DNA of 64,000 bases from Candidatus Helarchaeota archaeon. Its GTDB lineage: Archaea; Asgardarchaeota; Lokiarchaeia; Helarchaeales; RDOG01. Below, one piece after another: positions 21,342-30,126 of the stretch (its first letter is position 1; every line of letters begins with the position of its first letter). The stretch is taken from contig JAHPZH010000003.1 in assembly GCA_019058315.1 (NCBI GenBank), positions 460,451 to 524,450 of the forward strand, written 5' to 3'. Both the position numbers and the translations under genes were made by a program. The notes under the pieces were generated by a model. It was given only the letters and a program-made list of their open reading frames with translations, had not been told where the DNA came from and did not search any database.

Positions 21342-21977
21342 TTAGGATATTGATTTGATCATATTTTCCTTTGAATTTACATTGATATTGAAATATGTAC
21401 TACTTAAGTTTGTATAATTCCATGTCCGAGGCAAGTCTGTATCTTTATACTCATTTATTTTTGCAGAAGCTACATAGATTGTCCCGTCAATCATAGGTGA
21501 ATTGACAACCTTTGTAGGTTTTCCAGACATATCTAATAATGGTTTAGTTTTTAAACTAAAGATTCCGGGAATATCAATCGAAAATTTTGCCGCTGGACCC
21601 TTTCGTAAGATTTTTTTGGTGAAATTAATTTCTGCTTTTTTTATTTTAAGCAATTCGCCGAAGCCCTTCCAAATTTTTGTAAAAATCTTTTCTAACGCAT
21701 TTGCTTGCTCATCATTAGCATTTTGATCGATATAGAGGATTCCTTTCCAGTTTCCCATGCCTTCCATGATTGTCTTTCCTTCTGGGGTAATAAAGCCGAT
21801 ACTTATTATCGTTCCGCTTATATCTACATCTCCATATTTTCCTTCATCTATATTCATTGTCATAACACCCTCGCAGCAGCCTCTAGGAAATGGAGATAAA
21901 AAGTAAGCAGGACATATTGGCGGTGATCCACAAGCTTCAACCCAATCTCCTTTAAAATACCATTCAACTTCAGACAA
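21342..21977 (-). CDS. DUF1326 family protein
   Basis: W.F.G.WVEAC...CP...C.G, G.YGDVDISG, YID..A...Q..AL..IF pattern. Confidence 0.75.
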   Translation of the reverse strand: MSEVEWYFKGDWVEACGSPPICPAYFLSPFPRGCCEGVMTMNIDEGKYGDVDISGTIISIGFITPEGKTIMEGMGNWKGILYIDQNANDEQANALEKIFTKIWKGFGELLKIKKAEINFTKKILRKGPAAKFSIDIPGIFSLKTKPLLDMSGKPTKVVNSPMIDGTIYVASAKINEYKDTDLPRTWNYTNLSSTYFNINVNSKENMIKSIS

Positions 21978-22046
21978 ATTAACACCTCTTAATATTTTTT
22001 AGATTCTAAGAAATATTCTAAATATTGAATTTAATTTTTTTACCCA

Positions 22047-23057
22047 TTATTTTTTTTCCATATTTTCAATAAGATGAAAACAATATGGATTGTTGTGAAA
22101 TTTATTTGTTAAAATATAAGAAACCGAATTACAGCCCCCCTTACATTGAATTCCAAATTTACAATCTTTACAATTTGGTCCCAATTTTGATTTCTCAAAT
22201 TTTCTATTATATGCAAAATTACTCGGGTTTTCCCAGATATCTATTAAACTCTCATTTCTCACATTTCCCTCTATAAAACGATCGTTTCCCATTGATAAAC
22301 AACCCACAATCCCACCATCACTCGTTATTCCTATACTACTTATTCCTGCCCAGCAGCCATCCCATTGAGAAAGAGGTAAATTTGCAGAATAATATCCAAG
22401 ACAGTGAGCCCCTACGACCGGTAAATCATCAAATAAATTATTTTTTCTCATAGCAGCTATGAATTTTCCCGTTTCATAAAATTCTTCTTTTGATAACATC
22501 TTATCTTTTTTGAAATTCCCAAATGGCATTGCGGTTTGTATTTGCCAGTTTATTCCCTTTTTAAATATGAAATCTTTAATCAAGGGCAAGTCTCCAAAAT
22601 TAATTCTACTCACCGTTGTGATAATTGTTATCTGTATTTCGTTTTCTCTTAATAATTCAATAGCTTTTACAGATTTTTCCCAAGTTCCTTTCCCTCTTAT
22701 TAAATCATGGCTTTCTTGCATTCCATCAATACTGATCCCAATAACTTGTGGTTCAAGTCGAGTTATTTCTTCGATATATCGATCTAAAATAATACCGTTA
22801 GATACAAAATTTACGTTCATGCCAAGATCTTTGATGCATTGAGCAACAGAAAGCCAATCATTTCTTAGAAATGGCTCTCCTCCCATTAGAGCTACTTCTT
22901 CACAACCAAGTTCGGCCAATTCTTCACAGAGTTTAAAACATTCCTTTGTGTTCAATTCATCAGGTCTGGCTTTACCTGCAGATGAGCCACAGTGAGAACA
23001 ATTTAGATTACATTCTAATGTAAATTCCCATATTGCACATTCTAATTGGTAATTCAT
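22047..23057 (-). CDS. Radical SAM/SPASM peptide-modifying enzyme, PlpX-type splicease-like
   Basis: WEFTLECNLNCSHCGS (CX3CX2C), GGEPFLR.DW, WQIQTAMPFG, CLGYY, WDGCWAG...GI..DG.I.GC.S, SPASM CKDCX5CX3C...NPYC. Confidence 0.88.
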   Translation of the reverse strand: MNYQLECAIWEFTLECNLNCSHCGSSAGKARPDELNTKECFKLCEELAELGCEEVALMGGEPFLRNDWLSVAQCIKDLGMNVNFVSNGIILDRYIEEITRLEPQVIGISIDGMQESHDLIRGKGTWEKSVKAIELLRENEIQITIITTVSRINFGDLPLIKDFIFKKGINWQIQTAMPFGNFKKDKMLSKEEFYETGKFIAAMRKNNLFDDLPVVGAHCLGYYSANLPLSQWDGCWAGISSIGITSDGGIVGCLSMGNDRFIEGNVRNESLIDIWENPSNFAYNRKFEKSKLGPNCKDCKFGIQCKGGCNSVSYILTNKFHNNPYCFHLIENMEKK

Positions 23058-23069
23058 TATTATTCCTAG

Positions 23070-23267
23070 TTATTTCCTCGAATAAACACCATAGCTTGGT
23101 GGAGCAGGTTTTGGGATGGGACGTTTCTTTTCTTTGTCTTTATTTTTGGGACCGGGATTTGATATAGGATTTGACTTAGAAGACGGTTTCGGTGGTGGAG
23201 GAGATCCTTTTTGGTGATAAGGGTATCCTCGTTTGGGATGTTTGGTTACTTTTTTTTCTTTTTCCAT
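23070..23267 (-). CDS. Putative RiPP precursor peptide A3 (65 aa)
   Basis: Lys/Pro-rich; KRGYPY and APPSYGVY boxes; ends 12 nt before the rSAM start. Confidence 0.85.
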   Translation of the reverse strand: MEKEKKVTKHPKRGYPYHQKGSPPPPKPSSKSNPISNPGPKNKDKEKKRPIPKPAPPSYGVYSRK

Positions 23268-23303
23268 AATATTTTACCCATTGATACATCTAATATAATT
23301 TAA

Positions 23304-23441
23304 TTAATCTAGTTTATAAACACCATAACGTGGCGGTGATTTGGGCTCTATTTTTTCTTCATCTGACTTATCTTTTAATTTAATTGATGATGTGTTTTTA
23401 AACGGATAACCCTTTTTTTTTGTTTCTTTCTTAATACTCAT
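23304..23441 (-). CDS. Putative RiPP precursor peptide A2 (45 aa): MSIKKETKKKGYPFKNTSSIKLKDKSDEEKIEPKSPPRYGVYKLD
   Basis: Hand-translated, not in the ORF track; GGAGGT SD 6 nt before the ATG; same two boxes. Confidence 0.85.
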   Translation of the reverse strand: MSIKKETKKKGYPFKNTSSIKLKDKSDEEKIEPKSPPRYGVYKLD

Positions 23442-23442
23442 G

Positions 23443-23583
23443 TTAATACCTCCTTTTATAAACCCCATATTTAGGAGGGGATTCTTCTTTAAGTGGACTA
23501 ATTTCCTTCTCTTTATCCTTTGATTTTAAATTTTTTGGAATTGAAAATGGATATCCTTTTCTTTTTTCTTTTTTTGAACTCAA
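23443..23583 (-). CDS. Putative RiPP precursor peptide A1 (46 aa): MSSKKEKRKGYPFSIPKNLKSKDKEKEISPLKEESPPKYGVYKRRY
   Basis: Hand-translated, not in the ORF track; TTG start preceded by GAGGA; stop 1 nt before the A2 ATG; same two boxes. Confidence 0.83.
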   Translation of the reverse strand: MSSKKEKRKGYPFSIPKNLKSKDKEKEISPLKEESPPKYGVYKRRY

Positions 23584-23656
23584 ATGAATTCCTCAATTTT
23601 CCTTATAATTTGTATTAACTAATTTAATATTAAATAGATTTGGGTTCTTTTTATTA

Positions 23657-24925
23657 CTATTCAATAATTGGTTCTCTTGGAATGTCAAAGCTTTTCTTAT
23701 TTTTAAATTCCTTTAATTCAAGTTCAATTTTCTCCTTACCTATTTTATCTTGAACTATGGTCAAAGCTTTTTCGTAATTTTGTATAATTTTATGATTTTT
23801 AAATTCCAAAATACAGCCCAGTCGTGCAATATTCCAATAGATTAGGTAATTATCAGGATTTAACTTTGAAGATGTTAAAAAATAATCTAAAGCTTGACTG
23901 AAATTTTGTTTATAAAAATTTTTTATACCAAAATTGAATAATTTGTCAGCTTGTAGTAGAATTAATTCAAAATCGAATATTTTGATATCTTTAGGCTCTA
24001 AATTTAAAATATAACTTAATCTTTCACTATAATCCTCGGGATAATTTAATATATCTAATATTAAATTCTCTAAATGGCTAATAAATTCTTTAAATTCGCT
24101 TTCTAATTCACCCAAATTTTTCTTTTTTTTCATCCATAATGAAAAAACTTTTTCATGGAATTTGATTTCAGCTAATTTCATTAGAAATTTGATTTTAGCT
24201 TCCATTTCTGTCGGTTTTAAAATACCAGCGGATAAACATTCCTCAAGAAATACTAATGGAATCTGTGGTGTGCAAATTATGGTTTGAGATATTAGTTTAT
24301 TTTGCCAGTTTTCATCATTATCAAAGATTTCAAATGCGGTTTTAAGCTGATCTTCAAGGGGAATTAATACAAAGGAATCGTTAATCTTTAGTTTATTACT
24401 TAAATTCTTCCTAAAACAGGCAAAAAGATGTTTTTTGGAAGAATTTTGAGGTTTTTCACAAATTATTCTCAATCCATATTCATATTTATGGGTTTTTTGT
24501 TCTTCTTTCCTTATATTTCCAAAACCAATTTCTTCTAAAAGCTCCTTGATTAATTTATAAGTAAAACCAGTTTTGTGTTGCATCCCTCTACTATCTATTC
24601 CATAAATCCATCTCAATGTTATTTTTTGATTATCCAGATCTTCAGCAACTAGTTTTTCAAAGGATTTCTCAAGGTCAGGAGTTTCTAATATTAATTTTCC
24701 CGATGGAATCAGAATTCTAAACCAATCACTAAGAATATATTTAGAATGGATATAATCAAAATGCTCAATTAATTGATCAGCTTCAATTAAATCAATAGTA
24801 TTGGATTCAAATGGAAGATTATCAATGTCGTAGATTTCATCTGCTACATCTTTATTATATTTGTCGATATTAATATAACCAGGTTTATATTTTGAACCAC
24901 ATCCGAGGTTAAGCTTGATTTTCAT
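23657..24925 (-). CDS. Class I SAM-dependent methyltransferase with C-terminal helical/TPR domain
   Basis: KLNLGCG motif I, LPF..NTID, IEHF, L.P.G.L.L.TPD; C-terminal TPR (ALDYF...LNPDNYLIYWNIA); start probably MKIK at 24925. Confidence 0.8.
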   Translation of the reverse strand: MKIKLNLGCGSKYKPGYINIDKYNKDVADEIYDIDNLPFESNTIDLIEADQLIEHFDYIHSKYILSDWFRILIPSGKLILETPDLEKSFEKLVAEDLDNQKITLRWIYGIDSRGMQHKTGFTYKLIKELLEEIGFGNIRKEEQKTHKYEYGLRIICEKPQNSSKKHLFACFRKNLSNKLKINDSFVLIPLEDQLKTAFEIFDNDENWQNKLISQTIICTPQIPLVFLEECLSAGILKPTEMEAKIKFLMKLAEIKFHEKVFSLWMKKKKNLGELESEFKEFISHLENLILDILNYPEDYSERLSYILNLEPKDIKIFDFELILLQADKLFNFGIKNFYKQNFSQALDYFLTSSKLNPDNYLIYWNIARLGCILEFKNHKIIQNYEKALTIVQDKIGKEKIELELKEFKNKKSFDIPREPIIE

Positions 24926-25949
24926 CCAATTCTTCACTTTTTTTAAAATTCGCTTTTAATAATTTGAATAGTCTTAAAGTGCTTGTTGCTGCTTCATCAT
25001 TAGGATCTAATTTGAGTGCTTGTTCTAGGCACTCAATGCCCTTTGATATATTTGCTAGATTACTTTTTCCATATAAATAACCCATATAATACCATGCTTT
25101 ACTGTTTTTCGGATCGATCTCAGTTACTTTTTCCAGATACTTAATAGATTTTTGATAAGCTTCTATTTTAGCATAAGCAGATGCTAACTTAAACATTGCG
25201 ATGCTATCTTCTGGGTCGATTTCGACTTCAATTTCACGACATTCTAGTACTCTATATTCTTTTCCGATAATTTCATAAATGTCCCCCAATTTAGTCCATG
25301 CTTCTTTGTAATTTGGATCTGTCTTGACTGCTTTATCAAGACATTCAATAGCTTTCTTATATTTTTTGAGATTAAGGAATGCAAGCCCCATAACAAACCA
25401 AGCTTCACTTCCCATAGGATCCAGTCGTACAATTTTTTCAAAAGATTTTATGGCTTTTCTATAACTTTCTATGGAAACATAAGAATTTCCCAAGTTTAAC
25501 CAAGCTTGTTTAAACTTTGGGAAAATTTCTACAGCTTTTTCATAGCAATTAATTGCTTTTTGTGGATCTTTTAGTTTATCATGAGAAATTCCCATGTTAA
25601 ACCAATAATTTTGATTATTTTCATCAATTTTTATAGCTTTATTAAAACAAACAATTGCTTTATTATATCTTTTTAACATGTTACAAGCCAAACCTAGATT
25701 ATACCACCCAACCTTATTATTCGGATCGATTGTGACAGCTTTTGTACAGTAATTTATTGTTTTTTCATAATCTCCATATATTTTACCAATATAGAGACCT
25801 AAATAATTCCAAGCCATACTATGATTTGGATCTATCTTAACAGCATTAATAAAACACTGAATTGCTTTTTTTAAATCGGCTTTTTGAGCTAAATATAAAC
25901 CCCTATCAAACCATTCTTTGGCTGCCATTCCCGTTATTAATTTTGACAT
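24909..25949 (-). CDS. Tetratricopeptide repeat protein
   Basis: About 9 TPR units (W..LG...A...F.KA..IDP); overlaps the methyltransferase gene. Confidence 0.92.
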   Translation of the reverse strand: MSKLITGMAAKEWFDRGLYLAQKADLKKAIQCFINAVKIDPNHSMAWNYLGLYIGKIYGDYEKTINYCTKAVTIDPNNKVGWYNLGLACNMLKRYNKAIVCFNKAIKIDENNQNYWFNMGISHDKLKDPQKAINCYEKAVEIFPKFKQAWLNLGNSYVSIESYRKAIKSFEKIVRLDPMGSEAWFVMGLAFLNLKKYKKAIECLDKAVKTDPNYKEAWTKLGDIYEIIGKEYRVLECREIEVEIDPEDSIAMFKLASAYAKIEAYQKSIKYLEKVTEIDPKNSKAWYYMGYLYGKSNLANISKGIECLEQALKLDPNDEAATSTLRLFKLLKANFKKSEELDENQA

Positions 25950-26034
25950 TTAGATTCCCTAACTAAAGATCAAATTCTTTTATTTTCCTCCATTGTACAA
26001 GATTTTTTGTATTATATTAAATTTTATATTATTG

Positions 26035-27042
26035 TTAATTGGCTTCTAAATTTTCTTTCATCAATTTTAATAAGGCTAAAACTCTTAATGCCTCATCATT
26101 AGTTGAGTCCAATTTTAAGGCTTCCTCTACGCATTCAATCCCCTTCTTTGGATCCTCCAAATCACCATAAAAGAGCCCCATATTATACCAAGCTTCTATA
26201 TTATTTGGATCAAGCTTAATAACCTTATCGAAACATTCAATCCCTTTTTGATGATCACCATCACTACCATATGCAACACCCTGGTTATATAATGCATCAA
26301 TATATTTTGGATCTAAATTAAGTGCTTTTTGATACCATTTGATAGCCAATTTATGTTTATTTTGGTTGCTATAGGCAACTCCTACGTAATTCATAGATAT
26401 TTTATCTTGGGGGTTACATCTTACTGCTTTTTGGTAACTTTTAACAGCTTTGGAATAATCTTCTAATCTTAGATGTGTATAACCAATAGCTGCGTAAGTT
26501 TTAGAATTTTTCTTATCAATTTCAACAGCTTTTTCTAAACAATCGATTGCTTTATGGTAATCTTCTAATTCGATATATGTAATTCCCATGTCAAACCAGC
26601 TATCTTTATAATTTGGATTGATTTTTACTGACTCTTCATAGCAATCAATAGCTTCTTTTAATTTACCTGTTTTTTGATATGCAATACCAATATCGTGTAA
26701 GTAGAGTGTTCGAGTAGGCATTATTTTTAGTGCTTTTTTGAAATAGGGAATTGCCTCTTGATATCTTTTTAACTTATTGAGAGCCCATCCCACACTATGC
26801 AAAGCGTAGCGATCATTGGGATCTAGTTTAACTGCTTCTTCACAGTATTTCAAGGTCGTTTGATAATCACCAAGTTGACCCAAAAACCATCCGTAGTTAT
26901 TTAGAGCTTCTAGATTCTTAGGGTCTATTTTTAATACATTTCCAAAGCATTCAGCTGCCATTTGATAATTTTCCTCTCTAGAGTATTTAAATCCAAGGTT
27001 AGCCCATTGTTTAGCATCTTTTCCTTTAACTGTTTTTGGCAG
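26035..27042 (-). CDS. Tetratricopeptide repeat protein (probable CTG start, 335 aa)
   Basis: Frame open upstream of the listed ATG to AGGAG-N6-CTG at 27042; the extension encodes the first TPR helix. Confidence 0.88.
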   Translation of the reverse strand: MPKTVKGKDAKQWANLGFKYSREENYQMAAECFGNVLKIDPKNLEALNNYGWFLGQLGDYQTTLKYCEEAVKLDPNDRYALHSVGWALNKLKRYQEAIPYFKKALKIMPTRTLYLHDIGIAYQKTGKLKEAIDCYEESVKINPNYKDSWFDMGITYIELEDYHKAIDCLEKAVEIDKKNSKTYAAIGYTHLRLEDYSKAVKSYQKAVRCNPQDKISMNYVGVAYSNQNKHKLAIKWYQKALNLDPKYIDALYNQGVAYGSDGDHQKGIECFDKVIKLDPNNIEAWYNMGLFYGDLEDPKKGIECVEEALKLDSTNDEALRVLALLKLMKENLEAN

Positions 27043-27071
27043 TCTGATCTCCTACTTACATTTTATAATTA

Positions 27072-28073
27072 TTAATTAGAATCCAAATTTTCTTTCATCA
27101 ATTTTAATAAGGCTAAAACTCTTAATGCCTCATCATTATTTGAGTCCAATTTTAAAGCTTCCTCTACGCATTCAATCCCCTTCTTTGGATCCTCTAAATC
27201 ACCATAAAAGAGCCCCATATTATACCAAGCTTCAATATTATTTGGATCAAGCTTAATAACTTTATCGAAGCATTCGATTCCTTTTTGATGATCACCATCA
27301 CTACCATATGCAACACCCTGGTTATATAACGCATCAATATATTTTGGGTCTATTTTAAGTGCTTTTTGATACCATTTGATAGCTAATTTATGTTTATCTT
27401 GGTTGCTATAGGCAACTCCTACGTAATTCATAGATATTTTATCTTTAGGATCACATCTTACTGCTTTTTGGTAACTTTTAACAGCTTTGGGATAAACCTC
27501 TAAGCTTAGGTATGCATAACCAATAGCTGAGTAAGCTTTACAGTTTTTCTTTCCAGTAGCTTTTTCTAAACAATCAATTGCTTTATGGAAATCTTTTAAT
27601 TCTAAATACGTAATTCCCATGTCAAACCAGCCGTCTTGGAATTTTGGGTCGATTTTTACTGACTTTTCATAGCAATCAATAGCTTTTTTTAATTTACCCG
27701 TTTTTTGATATGCAAAACCAAGATCGTGTAAGTAGTCTGTTCGTCCAGATATTATTTTCATCGCTTTTTTGAAATTAGGAATTGCTTCTTGATATCTTTG
27801 TAACTTATTGAGAGCCCAGCCTACACTATGCCAAGCGTAATGATAATTAGGATCAAGTTTCACCGCCTCTTCACAGTATTTCAAGGTCTTTTGATAATCA
27901 CCAAGCTGACCTGAAAACCAACCATAGTTATTTAAAGCATCTACATTCTTAGGTTCTATTTTTAGTACATTTCCAAAGCTTTCAGCTGCCTTTTGAAAGT
28001 TATTCTCACCAGAATATTTATATCCGAGCTCAGACCATTGTTTGGCGTTCTTTCCTTTAACCGTCTTTGGCAG
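27072..28073 (-). CDS. Tetratricopeptide repeat protein, tandem duplicate (probable CTG start, 333 aa)
   Basis: Frame open to AGGAG-N6-CTG at 28073; highly similar to the adjacent gene. Confidence 0.88.
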   Translation of the reverse strand: MPKTVKGKNAKQWSELGYKYSGENNFQKAAESFGNVLKIEPKNVDALNNYGWFSGQLGDYQKTLKYCEEAVKLDPNYHYAWHSVGWALNKLQRYQEAIPNFKKAMKIISGRTDYLHDLGFAYQKTGKLKKAIDCYEKSVKIDPKFQDGWFDMGITYLELKDFHKAIDCLEKATGKKNCKAYSAIGYAYLSLEVYPKAVKSYQKAVRCDPKDKISMNYVGVAYSNQDKHKLAIKWYQKALKIDPKYIDALYNQGVAYGSDGDHQKGIECFDKVIKLDPNNIEAWYNMGLFYGDLEDPKKGIECVEEALKLDSNNDEALRVLALLKLMKENLDSN

Positions 28074-28149
28074 TCGAATCTCCTACTTTGGTTTTATGGT
28101 ATCTTTTATTTGTAATAATATTAAAATGATTTTAGTTTTAAAATAACTT

Positions 28150-28974
28150 ATGTCAAATACTCTTAAAAAATGGCAAGATTATGGATTAAAATTTGATAAA
28201 TATTTACGCACAAATACATTTCCCTTAGCATTTAGACTTTTAGGAGAAGATGAGAAGTTCCCAGAAAATTGTCGTAGACCAAAAAAAGACTTCGGGTTTA
28301 AAATCTTTCTATGTCAAGCTATTAAAATGTCAAGGCATTATGGTTGGACTATAGGGTTAAATCAAGACGATAATGCATGTCAAATTTCCTCCCCTCTATT
28401 AAATTGGGTTCAAACTTCCTTAGATGAAAATCAAAAATTTTTATCCCAATTTATGATTGGGCTGTATGCTAAAAATTCAAAAGTTATAGAGACTTACCAA
28501 TCAAATTTATCGTCTCTTCAGACGAAAAATAATGGTCTAGTTATTTCTCCGCTCTCTTGGACAAAAGTTGAACCAACAATAGTTGCAATTTATTGTAACC
28601 CCGCTCAAATTATGCGCCTAACCCAAGCATACTTATATTATGATGAGGAAACGGGACAAATAGAGTCCTCATCTTCTGGAAGGGCTGGTACATGTCATGA
28701 TGGAATTGTACAGACTATTCTAACAAATCAACCTCGAATTGTGGTTCCCGGTAATGGGGATAGAGTATGGGGTATGGCACAAGATCATGAAATGCTCTTC
28801 ACAATTCCAGCAGATAAAGTAGATCAATTAGTTACAGGGCTTATTGAAACCCACAAGGCAGGATTAAGATACCCGATTCCTACCTATTTGAGATTTCAAC
28901 CAGGGTTCCAATCTGATTTCGAAAAACTCGCAATCAAAAGAGCTGGTAAAACAATAGCTTCCCAAGATGATTAA
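28150..28974 (+). CDS. DUF169 family protein
   Basis: FPLA, CQAIKMSR.YGW, C, YCNPAQ, GTC, PGNGDR. Confidence 0.82.
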   Translation: MSNTLKKWQDYGLKFDKYLRTNTFPLAFRLLGEDEKFPENCRRPKKDFGFKIFLCQAIKMSRHYGWTIGLNQDDNACQISSPLLNWVQTSLDENQKFLSQFMIGLYAKNSKVIETYQSNLSSLQTKNNGLVISPLSWTKVEPTIVAIYCNPAQIMRLTQAYLYYDEETGQIESSSSGRAGTCHDGIVQTILTNQPRIVVPGNGDRVWGMAQDHEMLFTIPADKVDQLVTGLIETHKAGLRYPIPTYLRFQPGFQSDFEKLAIKRAGKTIASQDD

Positions 28975-29063
28975 TCCTTAATTTAATTTCGGACTTAGTC
29001 AATATTAATGGAAAATATAGTAATTACAAGTATTTGAATTAAGATTGATGATCAAATTAAATA

Positions 29064-30062
29064 GTGTTGAAATTGCAGAAAAAAGTTAAAAAAATTAAAT
29101 TACCAGGCACGGACATTGAAGTTAGTCCACTCGGGCTTGGGGTTTGGCAATTTGCAGGTGGTCATGGATTTAATAAATACATTTGGTCAAAAGAAATTCC
29201 CGAAGAAACAAGGAACGATATCGTAAAAGCTGCATTAGACGGAGGAATAAATTGGTTTGATACAGCAGAGGCATATGGAGGAGGCAGATCGGAGAGAAAC
29301 TTAGCAAGTGCTCTTAAAGCAAATGAAGTAAAGGATGAAGAAGTTTATATTGCCGATAAATGGATGCCTATGATGAGATTTGCAGGGAACTTAAAAAAGA
29401 CTATTCAGAAACGTCTTGAAGCTTTAGATGGGTATACCATCGATCTTCATCAAATCCATCAACCTTATTCACTTTCCACAACTAGAGCCCAGATGAACGC
29501 CATGGCTGATTTGGTGGAAGAGGGTAAAATTAGATCTGTTGGAGTTAGTAATTTTTCTAAGAAAAAGATGATTAAAGCATACGATGCATTAAAAGATCGT
29601 GGATTATCTCTTGTCTCAAATCAAGTACATTATAGCTTGCTTACTCGAACTATTGAAAAAAATGGTGTATTGGATACCGCGAAAGAACTTGGAATTAGGA
29701 TCATCAGTTGGAGTCCTCTTGAACAAGGAACACTTACGGGTAAATACCATAAAGATCCGAGTCTTCTTAAGAATTTAACTTTCATTAGAAGAAGAATTAT
29801 GCCTAATATTAAGAAAAAAACGAAAAAAAGTATGGCATTAATGGAGGCTATTGAAGAGATAGCTAAAGCTCACGAAGTTACACCATCTCAAGTCGCACTT
29901 AATTGGCTCATTAATTTTCATGGAGACACTGTATTAGCAATCCCTGGAGCATCAAAAGTTCATCACGTTGAATCAAATGTTGGTGCGATGTACTTCGAGT
30001 TATCCAAGGATGAAATGGACAGAATCGATGAGCTATCAAGACCTCTCAATAAAATGAAATAA
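29064..30062 (+). CDS. Aldo/keto reductase
   Basis: LGLGVW, FDTAEAYG, K, IDL.QIH, GVSNF, NQVHYSL, IPGA. Confidence 0.93.
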   Translation: MLKLQKKVKKIKLPGTDIEVSPLGLGVWQFAGGHGFNKYIWSKEIPEETRNDIVKAALDGGINWFDTAEAYGGGRSERNLASALKANEVKDEEVYIADKWMPMMRFAGNLKKTIQKRLEALDGYTIDLHQIHQPYSLSTTRAQMNAMADLVEEGKIRSVGVSNFSKKKMIKAYDALKDRGLSLVSNQVHYSLLTRTIEKNGVLDTAKELGIRIISWSPLEQGTLTGKYHKDPSLLKNLTFIRRRIMPNIKKKTKKSMALMEAIEEIAKAHEVTPSQVALNWLINFHGDTVLAIPGASKVHHVESNVGAMYFELSKDEMDRIDELSRPLNKMK

Positions 30063-30126
30063 AGAAATTGGATGTTTATATTAATTCAAATTAATCCAGG
30101 TTTATTTTAAAATTAGTTGAGAAAGT

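Noticed and set aside
22047-23057. rSAM as activase for the two glycyl radical enzymes
   Set aside because: It lacks PflA-type N-terminal motifs (DGPG.R) and has a C-terminal SPASM domain with adjacent peptides.
23622-23635. Perfect 14-bp palindrome ATTTAATATTAAAT upstream of the precursor genes
   Set aside because: Pure A/T in a very AT-rich genome; it may simply be the TATA region and cannot be supported as an operator.
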